DNA of 64,000 nt from Bdellovibrionales bacterium (GTDB lineage: Bacteria; Bdellovibrionota; Bdellovibrionia; Bdellovibrionales; UBA1609), in NCBI GenBank assembly GCA_965203095.1, contig OZ241877.1:256001-320000 (forward strand), in the 5' to 3' direction. The stretch's first letter is position 1; each line of letters begins with the position of its first letter. Under the pieces are notes generated by a model. That model did not search any database. It saw only the letters and a program-made list of their open reading frames with translations, and was not told the origin of the DNA. This document shows, piece after piece, positions 33,657-43,497 of the stretch. Both the position numbers and the translations under genes were made by a program.

Positions 33657-33978
33657 AAAATAGCCCCTCTCTCCCGAACCGGGTTTTTAAGCAGACTCTT
33701 TATGAAAATCACAGGCGGGAAAGCCTTGCTCTTTCCTTTTAGTGGGAAGGCTAAAAAAAAAATCAAAGTGCTTATCCTCCTTATAGAAAAGACACCAAGG
33801 GCTTTTGTCGTAAATTGGCATGTTCATACTTGACCTCATTTTTTAGTTCTCAAAATTCAATATGAGTCCAAAAATGAGCTTGGTCAAGCCCATCCATTTT
33901 AAAAGAGCTTGTTTTTCCTATAAAAAAATAAAGACGGGAAAGCTTGTTTTTTTAAAAAACTTATTATAAATAAGCAGA

Positions 33979-34887
33979 ATGGCCCAAGCTCTCTCACAAC
34001 AAAAAAAACCCTCATGGCTTAAAACCAAAATACCAGGGGGAGAGCGATATCATGCCATCAAAAAACTGCTTAAGGGCTTAAAGCTCTCCACAGTTTGCGA
34101 AGAGGCCCTTTGCCCCAATATTGGGGAATGCTGGTCTGGGGGAACAGCAACCCTTATGCTTATGGGTGATCTTTGTTCCAGGGGCTGTCGTTTTTGTCAT
34201 GTTAAAACAGGGAATCCCAAAGGCTGGTTAGACCCTAAAGAACCGGAAAAAGCGGCTTTTGCCCTCTCTCAACTGGATCTGGATTATGTGGTTCTTACCA
34301 GTGTGAATCGGGACGATCTGCCTGATGAGGGGGCAGGTCATTTTGCGAAAACCATAAGCCTAATTAAAAAAAGCCGTCCCGAACTCCTAATAGAGGCCCT
34401 TACCCCCGATTTTAAAGGCCAAGAAAAGTTTATTCAAAAAATTATTGAATCCTCCCCCGATGTTTTTGCCCACAATATAGAGACTATAGAAAGGCTGAGT
34501 CGCAGGGTCAGGGATCCTCGTGCCGGCTACCGGCAATCTTTAAAAGTTTTAGAATTTGTAAAAAAACAAAAAGCCTCAATTTATACTAAATCCTCCATTA
34601 TGTTGGGGCTTGGGGAAAGCCAGGAAGAAATCAACCAGACATTAAAAGATCTTCGATCAGTTGGTTGTGATGCCCTCACCTTAGGGCAATATCTTCGCCC
34701 CAGCCAAAGGCATCTTCCAGTGGAAAGATATATCCCTCCTGAAGAGTTTGAGGAATGGCGAGAGCTTTCTGAAAACATGGGTTTTGCTTATTGTGCCTCT
34801 GGCCCATTGGTTAGAAGCTCCTATAAAGCGGGGGAATTTTTTATGTCGGCCTTAATTAAAAAGCAGAGGGCAAAGTATGGGCATTAA
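33979..34887 (+). CDS. lipA: Lipoyl synthase
   Basis: CEEALCPNIGEC, radical-SAM CSRGCRFC, RSSY. Confidence 0.97.
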   Translation: MAQALSQQKKPSWLKTKIPGGERYHAIKKLLKGLKLSTVCEEALCPNIGECWSGGTATLMLMGDLCSRGCRFCHVKTGNPKGWLDPKEPEKAAFALSQLDLDYVVLTSVNRDDLPDEGAGHFAKTISLIKKSRPELLIEALTPDFKGQEKFIQKIIESSPDVFAHNIETIERLSRRVRDPRAGYRQSLKVLEFVKKQKASIYTKSSIMLGLGESQEEINQTLKDLRSVGCDALTLGQYLRPSQRHLPVERYIPPEEFEEWRELSENMGFAYCASGPLVRSSYKAGEFFMSALIKKQRAKYGH

Positions 34888-36097
34888 AAAAATCAAACTT
34901 CCCGATTTAGGCGAAGGGGTCACAGAGGGGGAAATTATAAAAATTAAGGTCTCTCAAGGAGAGAAGATCTCTATGGATCAGCCCCTTTTAGAGGTGATGA
35001 CAGATAAAGCCTCTATGGAAGTCCCCTCCTCTATAGAGGGGCTGATTCAAAAAGTGTCAGCTAAGGAGGGCGATATAGTCCCTGTAGGGGCTGATCTCTT
35101 TACAGTTCAAACTGAGGGAGAAGAAGAGGAGACAGCTCCACTTTCAAAAAATCCACCAAAACAAGAAAATTTAAAAACAAAACAAGCTCCTTCAATCTCC
35201 TCTTTTTCAGAAACTAAAATTTTAGCCATTCCTTCCACAAAAAAATTGGCAGAAGAGTTGAATATTCCTCTAACAAATATTCCTAACTCTAAGGGGGAAA
35301 TCAAAAGGGAGGATCTTTTAAACTATATCCGCTCTCGCTTATCCTCCTCAACTTCAAGGGCTAAGGAGCAAAAAACAGATCTACCAGCTCCCGATGAGGT
35401 GGAAAAAAGAGAACCTGTCCGCGGAGTAAAAAGGCTAATGTTTGAAAGCATGACTTTATCTAAAGCCACAATCCCTCACTTTACAGTGGGAGAGAGGGCG
35501 AGGGCAGATCTCCTGATTACTCTCAAAAAAGAGTTCTCTTCCCGTTTGCAAAAACAAAACTTAAAAACAGGCTTTCTGCCTTTTTTCATAAAAGCCCTTT
35601 TGCCTACTCTTAAAGAATATCCTATTTTTAACAGCTTTTACTCAGCTCAAAGTAAAGAGATTGTTTTTAGGAAAAACCCCAACATTGGCTTTGCTGTAGA
35701 TAGCCCACAGGGCCTAATGGTTCCTGTTTTAAAACAGGCACAAAACAAAAGCTTTTTAGCAATCATTAAAGAAGTTCAAAAACTAGCGGAATCTGCTCGT
35801 AAAGGCACTATCCCAAGGGAACATTTAACAGGAGCTACCATCAGCATTACTAACTTAGGAAGTTTGGGAGGGATTTACGGGACACCCATTATCCCTCCTT
35901 CAGAAATGGCTATACTTGGGGTTTATAGGATTTTTCCGCAGACTGTTCGCAATGCTTTGGGAAATTTTGAAGAGCGATCTTTTATCAACTTTTCCCTCAC
36001 CTGTGATCATCGATTTATTGACGGTGCGACTGCTGTTCGCTTTTTAAAAAGCTTTGTTCAAAGAATTGAAGACCCCAGCCTTCTCCTCTTAGATTAA
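34877..36097 (+). CDS. 2-oxoacid dehydrogenase E2 dihydrolipoamide acyltransferase
   Basis: Lipoyl domain LPDLGEG..EVMTDKA; catalytic DHRFIDGA. Confidence 0.93.
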   Translation: MGIKKIKLPDLGEGVTEGEIIKIKVSQGEKISMDQPLLEVMTDKASMEVPSSIEGLIQKVSAKEGDIVPVGADLFTVQTEGEEEETAPLSKNPPKQENLKTKQAPSISSFSETKILAIPSTKKLAEELNIPLTNIPNSKGEIKREDLLNYIRSRLSSSTSRAKEQKTDLPAPDEVEKREPVRGVKRLMFESMTLSKATIPHFTVGERARADLLITLKKEFSSRLQKQNLKTGFLPFFIKALLPTLKEYPIFNSFYSAQSKEIVFRKNPNIGFAVDSPQGLMVPVLKQAQNKSFLAIIKEVQKLAESARKGTIPREHLTGATISITNLGSLGGIYGTPIIPPSEMAILGVYRIFPQTVRNALGNFEERSFINFSLTCDHRFIDGATAVRFLKSFVQRIEDPSLLLLD

Positions 36098-36118
36098 AAA
36101 AAGCCCCCTTAAATACCC

Positions 36119-37333
36119 ATGAACCCAATGCAAAATAAAATGGTTAAAAAATTTGGTGGAAGTTCCGTTGCTGATATAAAAAAAATAGAGGCAGTGGCCC
36201 AGCGACTGAAAGAGGATCACTTAAAAGGGGAGAGGCCCATAGTGGTCATTTCTGCCATGTCGGGATGGACTAACTCTTTAGTGGAGATGGCTCACAAAGT
36301 TTATTCTGATCCCCAAGGGCCAGCTTATGATATGCTCCTCTCCTCAGGAGAGCAGGTCAGCATAGCTCTGCTCAGTCTGGCACTCAAAAAAAGAGGGATT
36401 AAAAACAGCCCTCTATTAGGCTATCAAGCTGGTATTCAAACAGATTCTTTTTTTTCTAAAGCCTGCATCCAGTCCATAAATACCAATAAAATTAAAAAAA
36501 TTCTAAAGGAAGGTGCAATGCCCTTAGTGGCTGGGTTCCAAGGGATGACAAAAGATCATCAGATCACTACTTTAGGCCGTGGAGGGAGCGATCTGACTGC
36601 TGTAGCCCTCTCAGTGGCCTTAAAAATCAATGTGTGTGAGATTTACACTGATGTTCCTGGGGTCTTTACTGCTGACCCCAAGCTGATTCCTCAAGCTAAA
36701 AAACAAAAAGTGTTGGATTTTTCTGAAATGATGGAAATGTCCCGCCTGGGATCTAAAATTCTTCAGATTCGCTCAGTGGAAATGGCCAAAAAGTATGGTA
36801 TAAAAATTCATGTTCGTCATGCTTTCAAAAAAGATGTGGGGACATGGATCACAAAAAAAAAGGAGAAGGATATGGAATCCCCTGTAGTTTCAGCCATAGC
36901 TCATGATTTAAACACTTTAGTTATCAAACTGACAAGCCTGCCCCAAGGGATTGGCTTCATCTCCCGTTTGTTTTCTGAATTGGGGAAAAACTCTGTTTTT
37001 GTAGACATTATCTCCCATAGTGCCATTTCCGGACCTTCCCGACTGTCTTTTTCTATTCCCAAAACAGATTTAAAATCCTGCCAAAATGCACTCAAAGCTT
37101 TGGTGAAAAAGCAAGATATTTCTGTAATCGATAATGTGGCTAAAATTTCAGTTGTGGGGGTGGGTATGGCCAGTCATTCTGGAGTGGCGGGGAGGTTTTT
37201 CTCCGCATTAAAGAAAACAAAAACCCAGCTGTATCTCGTGACAACTTCAGAAATAAAAATCAGTGCTATTATTGACAAAAAAGATTTAAAAGCAACAGCC
37301 CAAGTCCTCCATAAGGAATTTGGCCTTTCTTAA
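36119..37333 (+). CDS. lysC: Aspartate kinase
   Basis: KFGGSSV, TTLGRGGSD, DVPGV.TADP; ACT domains (SEIKIS). Confidence 0.95.
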   Translation: MNPMQNKMVKKFGGSSVADIKKIEAVAQRLKEDHLKGERPIVVISAMSGWTNSLVEMAHKVYSDPQGPAYDMLLSSGEQVSIALLSLALKKRGIKNSPLLGYQAGIQTDSFFSKACIQSINTNKIKKILKEGAMPLVAGFQGMTKDHQITTLGRGGSDLTAVALSVALKINVCEIYTDVPGVFTADPKLIPQAKKQKVLDFSEMMEMSRLGSKILQIRSVEMAKKYGIKIHVRHAFKKDVGTWITKKKEKDMESPVVSAIAHDLNTLVIKLTSLPQGIGFISRLFSELGKNSVFVDIISHSAISGPSRLSFSIPKTDLKSCQNALKALVKKQDISVIDNVAKISVVGVGMASHSGVAGRFFSALKKTKTQLYLVTTSEIKISAIIDKKDLKATAQVLHKEFGLS

Positions 37334-37358
37334 CTTGTCCTAATGAGGGAAGCTTTCT

Positions 37359-38579
37359 TTGTTTTGTTATAAAAAAAATATTTTAAGCTTACAACAGGGA
37401 GAGTTTTCTATCCCTGTGCCGGACATTGCTAAAACTATTAGTGGGCCTTTTTACCTCTATGACATTCAAGGTTTAAGGCAATGGTATCAATTTTTTAAAA
37501 AGGAGATGGGAGATCCATTTAAAATTTTTTTCGCTATGAAATCCAACTCCCACAAGGCAGTTTTAAAGGCTCTGTTAGAAGAAGGGGCCGGCTTAGATGT
37601 GGTTTCTATAGGAGAGGCCCACCGGGCAGAGGCAGTAGGCTTTCCAGCTCAAAAAATGATTTTCTCTGGCATAGGGAAAAGCACTTTGGAGCTAAAAGCA
37701 GGATTGGAAAAAGGCTTTTTGCAAATCAATGTGGAAAGCTTGGAAGAATTGAAAAGACTAATGAAAATCAGCAAAAAAATTAAAAAACCAGCTCCTGTGG
37801 GCTTGAGAATCAACCCCAATGTGGACTTTTCATCCCATCCTCATATCAAAACCGGTTTAAGAGGTCATAAATTTGGCCTGGATGAGGAAGATCTGCCATC
37901 CATTTTACAATTCATCCAGCATGAAGAAGAGCATATCCATTTTCAAGCTTTAAGCATGCACTTAGGTTCTCAAATTTTTGATCTGAATCCCCTTTTTCAA
38001 GCCATAGAGTGCTTAAAAAAACTTTATGAAAAACTAAAAAAATCATTCCCCAAGTTGAGATTTATGGATGTGGGAGGGGGGCTGGCTGTCAATTACCAAA
38101 AAGCCGGTTTTGAGGAGGAAAAACTCCGAATCCAAAGCTTTGGTCAGGGCTTAAAAAAAATTTTTAAAAATTTTGACGGTGCTGTTATAGCAGAGCCAGG
38201 GCGAATCCTCAGTGCCCGCATGGGGATTTTATGTGCCCAAGTGGAATACATAAAAAAAAGCCGGAACAAGCAGTTTGTAATATTAAACAGTGGGATGAAT
38301 CACTTTTTACGACCCGCTCTCTATGGCGAAAAACATAGGATTCTCCCTCTAAAAATACGAAAAGGCCCTTATCAAATCTATGATGTTGTGGGGCCTATAT
38401 GTGAGACAGGGGACACTTTTGTTAAAAACCAGCCCCTCCCCCCATTAAAATCAGGGGATGGGCTGGCTATTGCAGACACAGGGGCTTATGGCTTTGTAAT
38501 GGCCAGCCAATATAACTTACAAATGCCTGTTCAGGAACTGGCATGGGACAAAGGACAGAGGTTTTTCACGGACGACTAA
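37359..38579 (+). CDS. lysA: Diaminopimelate decarboxylase
   Basis: FAMKSN, HLGSQI, DVGGG, EPGR, GPICETGD, GAYG.VMAS.YN. Confidence 0.95.
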   Translation: MFCYKKNILSLQQGEFSIPVPDIAKTISGPFYLYDIQGLRQWYQFFKKEMGDPFKIFFAMKSNSHKAVLKALLEEGAGLDVVSIGEAHRAEAVGFPAQKMIFSGIGKSTLELKAGLEKGFLQINVESLEELKRLMKISKKIKKPAPVGLRINPNVDFSSHPHIKTGLRGHKFGLDEEDLPSILQFIQHEEEHIHFQALSMHLGSQIFDLNPLFQAIECLKKLYEKLKKSFPKLRFMDVGGGLAVNYQKAGFEEEKLRIQSFGQGLKKIFKNFDGAVIAEPGRILSARMGILCAQVEYIKKSRNKQFVILNSGMNHFLRPALYGEKHRILPLKIRKGPYQIYDVVGPICETGDTFVKNQPLPPLKSGDGLAIADTGAYGFVMASQYNLQMPVQELAWDKGQRFFTDD

Positions 38580-38581
38580 AT

Positions 38582-38773
38582 TATTCGCCCGTGAAAAACC
38601 TCTATAATTCACAGGGGATTCTTCAGTTTCTTTGCCTAAAGGTCCGTCCCATTTCGGGACGGCAATACCTTGGACCCTTATGGGACGGCCTTTAGGCAAA
38701 AGTGATTGAAAAGTCTGCCCCTGTAAAAGCAGAGAATGAGAAGGACTAACTGAGGCTTTTTCACGGGAGACTA
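38582..38773. mobile_element. MITE subfamily A, complete copy
   Basis: TIRs TATTCGCCCGTGAAAA / TTTTCACGGGAGACTA; closely similar to 125-320; preceded by an extra TIR at 38557-38578. Confidence 0.85.
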
Positions 38774-38920
38774 AATTATAAAGGTTTTTCATAGACAATT
38801 TCTTAAATGGACTTAAAAATCGGAAAAATTTTCAAAATATAATATTTTTTCTTGATTTTTCTCTCTAAGCCTAATATTACAAGGGCAGGATTAACAAAAC
38901 GAAAAGAAAAGGAGAAAAAT

Positions 38921-39439
38921 ATGAAACAAATTTTAATTGCGATATGCACTCTGTCGGCTTTCCCCTTGTTGGCCTTCGCTAACAAGCCCAGACCTCCCAT
39001 ACCCTTATCTACAAAACAAATGACAAGGCAAATGAATGGGGAAACTGCGGGAAGAGCTTTTAGAGAAGTCCCTGTTCGCCCTGTAGGGAATTGCACTGGC
39101 CCATGTGTGGAAGTGGCCTCTTCAGAACTGAGCCTTGAGGCCAAAAGAGCACTCAATCTCAGCACTGTCTTAGCTCAAGGTAGGGATGCCATAGTGATTG
39201 GCGATGTTGTGAGTTCCCTTCCTCGAATGAATTTCACACTGCAAAGTCAAGGGGTTGCACCTAAGACTGCCGAAGAAATTACAAATGCCATTCTCGCGGC
39301 GGCTGTTCAATCTAAAACATGGCGGGACCCAATAGCTCAAAGTAAGGTGGTGAAACTGGCAAACGACATTGAAGAAAAAGGTCTGGTTCCGAATAATACA
39401 AAACAAGTGAATCAAGTAGTAGAAAACTGCAAATTATAG
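38921..39439 (+). CDS. Hypothetical secreted protein
   Basis: RBS AAGGAG; signal peptide MKQILIAICTLSAFPLLAFA. Confidence 0.8.
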   Translation: MKQILIAICTLSAFPLLAFANKPRPPIPLSTKQMTRQMNGETAGRAFREVPVRPVGNCTGPCVEVASSELSLEAKRALNLSTVLAQGRDAIVIGDVVSSLPRMNFTLQSQGVAPKTAEEITNAILAAAVQSKTWRDPIAQSKVVKLANDIEEKGLVPNNTKQVNQVVENCKL

Positions 39440-39466
39440 ACTATTAGTTTTAGAAAGCTAAAAATC

Positions 39467-39500
39467 AAAAGAGACTCCTCTACCGGAGTCTCTTTTTTAT
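39467..39500. terminator. Intrinsic (probably bidirectional) terminator
   Basis: AAAAGAGACTCC-TCTACC-GGAGTCTCTTTTTT. Confidence 0.85.
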
Positions 39501-39614
39501 TATAAAATAGAACCATTATCTCCTCAAAAAAAACCACTTTTAAATATATACTCAAGAAAAGTGCTCAATAAAAATATGGATTTTTAAATCAGAGAGGTAT
39601 AAAATACAAAAGTC

Positions 39615-40847
39615 ATGCATTTGATTACCAGTTTATTGATTTTGCTGGCGGCCTCCAGAGTTTTAGGCCGTCTATTTGAGGCCATAGGCTATTTTGCCAT
39701 TATAGGGGAGATCCTTGCGGGTTTTCTTTTAGGGCCAGCCATTTTTGGCTTCATAGATCCGGAAATCGATGGTCTCAATGGAATTGTTGATTTGGGGATT
39801 TTCCTGCTGATTTTTTCTGCTGGCTTAGAAGTGGATTTAAAAGATTTTACCCGTGCCTTAAAAAGCAAAGCTCTGGTTTGCGGTTTGATCAGCTTTATTG
39901 GTCCTTTTTCTGCGGGTTTAGGCTTTGGAGCTTGGTTAAACCTCTCCTTTCACAGCTCTATTGTGGTGGGCCTTTGCTTTGCCATTACAGCTATTCCTGT
40001 AGCTATAAAATTCATCCGTAATGCCCATTTATTAAATACATCGGTGGGCCATTCCATTATGGGCACTGCTGTCCTGATTGAGATTTTGGCTCTCTTAGTC
40101 CTGGGCATTTCCTCTGAGGTGGAAAATTACAAACTCTGGGAATATATAAAAATGATTTTCATTAAAGGGGGAGGGATGCTGTTGTTCTTCCTTGTTGTGA
40201 TGATGGTTAATAAAATTTTTCGATCAGAACTTCGCCATATACAAAGAACACAAAAATTTTTTAGCAGGCTGATTCAAACCTTAGGGGAAGAGGCTGTTTT
40301 TGGTTTGGGAGTCTTATTTGTTTTGATTTTTAGTGCTATCTCTGAATCTTTAGGCTTTCACTTTATTATTGGAGCTTTTTTTGGAGGCTTACTTTTAAAT
40401 AAAGACATTATTGGAACCAACTTTTTTGACTCCCTTTCCCTCACTCTTCGATCCATCACCCAACATTTTTTAACACCTATCTTTTTTGCCTATTTGGGCT
40501 TAATCATAAAAACAGATATTTTTGATGATGTTTTTTTCATCTTGACCCTTATGGGAGTAGGTTATGGGACAAAAGTCGCCAGCTCTTGGATAGGAGCTAA
40601 AGTCTCTGGCTTTTCAAAAAATGAGTCCTTAAAAATAGGGCTGATACTTAACTCCAGAGGGACTTTTGATCTTATTGTAGCCAATTTGGCCTTAGCCAAA
40701 GGTTATATTGATTCTAAAATTTTTTCCGTTTTGATTTTGTTTGGAGTTTTCTCCATTGTGCTCAATCCTGTTATTTACAGACGCTTTTATAAAACCAGCT
40801 CTTCGGAAAAAGGATCCACCAGTTCCCTCAAAAAATCCCCTGATTGA
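39615..40847 (+). CDS. Cation:proton antiporter (CPA2/KefB-like)
   Basis: GEILAG.LLGP, F.AGLE.D, IIGAFFGG, PIFF..G, RG...L; about 12 TM helices. Confidence 0.9.
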   Translation: MHLITSLLILLAASRVLGRLFEAIGYFAIIGEILAGFLLGPAIFGFIDPEIDGLNGIVDLGIFLLIFSAGLEVDLKDFTRALKSKALVCGLISFIGPFSAGLGFGAWLNLSFHSSIVVGLCFAITAIPVAIKFIRNAHLLNTSVGHSIMGTAVLIEILALLVLGISSEVENYKLWEYIKMIFIKGGGMLLFFLVVMMVNKIFRSELRHIQRTQKFFSRLIQTLGEEAVFGLGVLFVLIFSAISESLGFHFIIGAFFGGLLLNKDIIGTNFFDSLSLTLRSITQHFLTPIFFAYLGLIIKTDIFDDVFFILTLMGVGYGTKVASSWIGAKVSGFSKNESLKIGLILNSRGTFDLIVANLALAKGYIDSKIFSVLILFGVFSIVLNPVIYRRFYKTSSSEKGSTSSLKKSPD

Positions 40848-41018
40848 TCGGGCCAATATAAGAGACTTTTTTGCCACTGGAGCTTTTATGTGGATTGAAT
40901 AAGCCCGCCTTAATTGCGAATTGCGGGAGAGGAGCTTAAAACCATACATTCCCTTTCGCAGTAAAAAAGCCAAAGAACATAATGCCTTAGCTTTTTTGAG
41001 CGGAAAATTTGATTTTTG

Positions 41019-42242
41019 TTAAAACTTGCTTTTAATAGCGTCTAAAATTTTGGAAGAATTGGCCCGGCTATCACAAGAGGGAACAAACTCAAAATCATAT
41101 TGGCCTTCTAAAACAGAAAAGGATTGAGAGACATTACTCAAACGATTGTTTAAAGCAATAATACTCACATTACTGTGTTTTTTAAAAAACTTATCCCATT
41201 CTTTAGAAGAATAGTAGGCATGATTCCCTAAAAGCAGGACTACTGTTTTGGCTCCAGGCCTTCTAAATGTCTCTAACTCGCCAGGCATTTGAAGTGGTCG
41301 CCCACTCAAAAGCACATCTAAACCAGCTAAAGGATTCCTTGAGGTTCGCTGAGCTTTATCAGGAGTCAAGTCTGAGAGAGTTTTGCGATGATTATTACTG
41401 AGATCAGGGTGATCATTAAATGTGATTCGTGAGGATGCCTTTAAGGTCTCACTAAAAAACCTGTCTCTCATTTCAGCTTCATATTCCCCCTTAGAGAGCA
41501 AATAATCTGGTTTTGTTGATTGAAAAAAACCTCCTGTATGATAAGCCTCTCCGTTATGATACTCTAAAGGAATCAACTGGGCCGGGCCATCGGAGTAAAA
41601 AGCAAAACTCATTTGCCAGTCAAAAGGATCCAAATAAGCCAAAAAAGCATTTTCTGAGCTATAATCACTTAAACTCTGAACACAAATATCACTTCTATCT
41701 TCCATATAAAATAAAATATCTAATTTTTTACTACCTGATTGAGCAGATCCTCTTCTGCCTAATCTGCTGGGAGAAGTGGCCACCGGTATATCTTGAATAG
41801 TCCCCACCCGAATATCCACCTCAACAGCCTCTGCATTTGAAAAATCCTCTTCAATAGAAATAGTGGTAGCAGTATTTTCTGTCTGAACTGGACTGGAAGT
41901 ATCCACTTCAACTGCATCTCCACCTCTGCCAAAATCTTTCCCTCCAACGGTATCCTCTACACTGATTGCCTTTCTTTTTTTACCACTGACTTTAACTTCA
42001 ATCTGTGTTCTCACAGTGGTTCGCAGTTGTCGAGTATGAGGATTGTTGGATCTGTCCGCTCTTTTCGCTCGAGGCTTTGCCCTCGCTTGAGCAGAATCCT
42101 CATCTGGAGCAATGGCCTGACCGCCCGATCGGGAAGCTTGAATAAACCTTTCTGCCCCGTCAGACACAATGCCAAATTCTTGCTGACTTTCACAGGCACT
42201 AAAAATAAAAGCCAAAGTTAAAAGAAATAATAGATATCTCAT
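41019..42242 (-). CDS. Hypothetical lipoprotein with a degenerate vWA-like domain
   Basis: Lipobox FSAC; KLDILFYMEDRS resembles the first vWA strand; RBS AAGGAGG. Confidence 0.7.
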   Translation of the reverse strand: MRYLLFLLTLAFIFSACESQQEFGIVSDGAERFIQASRSGGQAIAPDEDSAQARAKPRAKRADRSNNPHTRQLRTTVRTQIEVKVSGKKRKAISVEDTVGGKDFGRGGDAVEVDTSSPVQTENTATTISIEEDFSNAEAVEVDIRVGTIQDIPVATSPSRLGRRGSAQSGSKKLDILFYMEDRSDICVQSLSDYSSENAFLAYLDPFDWQMSFAFYSDGPAQLIPLEYHNGEAYHTGGFFQSTKPDYLLSKGEYEAEMRDRFFSETLKASSRITFNDHPDLSNNHRKTLSDLTPDKAQRTSRNPLAGLDVLLSGRPLQMPGELETFRRPGAKTVVLLLGNHAYYSSKEWDKFFKKHSNVSIIALNNRLSNVSQSFSVLEGQYDFEFVPSCDSRANSSKILDAIKSKF

Positions 42243-42275
42243 GTTTTCCTCCTTAAAGTTATCCTGCTGAAAGAC

Positions 42276-42302
42276 CTATCGGATTTTTATCAAGTGAATT
42301 TA
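42276..42302 (-). promoter_or_regulatory. sigma28 (FliA)-type promoter
   Basis: Minus strand TAAA-N15-TCCGATAG upstream of the 42242 gene. Confidence 0.6.
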
Positions 42303-42457
42303 AAAAAATCTTATAAAAACTGGCCTTATGACCTGTTTTGTCCGTTTTTAAGGCTTTTTTTGATAAGATCGAGAGGAAAATCTGGGTTTTTAAGGCTTTG
42401 CGAAAAAATCCTTTAAAATCTTGATTCTTTTATTATTTTATAGCAAAAAATAGTTGT

Positions 42458-42524
42458 GGGGGGCGATGTAGTGACAAGGATGTCAATCAAAGCGGAGGAT
42501 TTGCTTCTGCATCGCCTTTTTTTT
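42458..42524 (+). ncRNA. Candidate small structured RNA with two GGA-loop hairpins (CsrA-binding, TwoAYGGAY-like)
   Basis: Basal stem GGCGATGTAG / CTGCATCGCC encloses TGACA-AGGA-TGTCA and AAGCGG-AGGAT-TTGCTT, followed by T8. Confidence 0.55.
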
Positions 42525-42583
42525 AATTAAACTCTTGAACAGGTCTTTTTTTCCCTATATATAAAGTCACAAGGGGTTTTGGC

Positions 42584-42889
42584 ATGGCAAAAAAAAGCTC
42601 TATCGCAAAAAATGAAAAGAGAAAGCTCTTAGCTGAGAAGTTTGAGCCGATACGAAAACAGTTGCGAAAACAACAGTCGGATCAAAAACTCCCTATAGAG
42701 GAGCGATTATTGGCTAATGTTAAGCTTCAAAAACTTCCTAAATATGGAAGTCGTTGCTCTGTAGTGAACCGGTGTGGGATTACTGGACGTTCCAGGGGCC
42801 ACTTGAGAAAGTTTGGCCTATCTCGCCTCATGTTCAGGAAAATGGCTCACGAGGGCCTTATTCCCGGTGTAATTAAATCCTCTTGGTAA
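42584..42889 (+). CDS. rpsN: 30S ribosomal protein S14, long form
   Basis: [42 protein letters not shown]. Confidence 0.98.
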   Translation: MAKKSSIAKNEKRKLLAEKFEPIRKQLRKQQSDQKLPIEERLLANVKLQKLPKYGSRCSVVNRCGITGRSRGHLRKFGLSRLMFRKMAHEGLIPGVIKSSW

Positions 42890-42948
42890 TACAGTGGCCC
42901 TTCCAGGGGGAGGCTACTTATCTCCCGGTGGCTTAAAAATTTTCTATA

Positions 42949-43497
42949 GTGAAACTCATCATCACAGCTACAAATCGAAAAAACTCGCTCAGCTCCTCTG
43001 TCTCAAAAATAGTGCAAAATATTTACCATAGTTTAGGCGAAAAGCCGGAAATTATGGATCTCCGGCAAGTCTCGCTTAAAAATATTGTGGAAGAGCCTTT
43101 TCCTGACAAAGCTCCCACTATATTACAACCCCACCTGAATAAAATAGCGAGAGCAGAGGGCTTAATATTGGTTTGCCCGGAATATAATGGAGGTATTCCC
43201 GGACTGATAAAGCATTTTATTGATCATTGGATTTATCCAGATTCTTTTGTTTATAAACCTATATGTTTTATCGGTTTGGGTGGGAAGTTTGCCGCCTTTC
43301 ACCCCATAAGCCATCTCCAGGGCATTTTTATTTATCGCCATAGCTTTGTGTTTCCCATCAGGGTTTTTATTCAAAATATTTCACAGGTTTTAAAAGAAGG
43401 GCAAATTACCGATAAAAACACCTATCAGCTCCTTATAAAACAGGCCAGAAATTTTACAAAATTCATCACAGCCCTTAAAACACAAACCTTTGACTAA
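42949..43497 (+). CDS. NAD(P)H-dependent FMN reductase (SsuE/ChrR-like)
   Basis: TNR..S.S flavin loop; PEYNGGIPG..K.FID. Confidence 0.88.
   Translation: MKLIITATNRKNSLSSSVSKIVQNIYHSLGEKPEIMDLRQVSLKNIVEEPFPDKAPTILQPHLNKIARAEGLILVCPEYNGGIPGLIKHFIDHWIYPDSFVYKPICFIGLGGKFAAFHPISHLQGIFIYRHSFVFPIRVFIQNISQVLKEGQITDKNTYQLLIKQARNFTKFITALKTQTFD

Noticed and set aside
38517..38798. Short ORFs 38517-38798, 31452-31703, 56839-57042, 16091-16285 and 28259-28486, several sharing motifs such as VQGI
   Set aside because: They are translations of the palindromic repeat family, with no independent evidence of coding.
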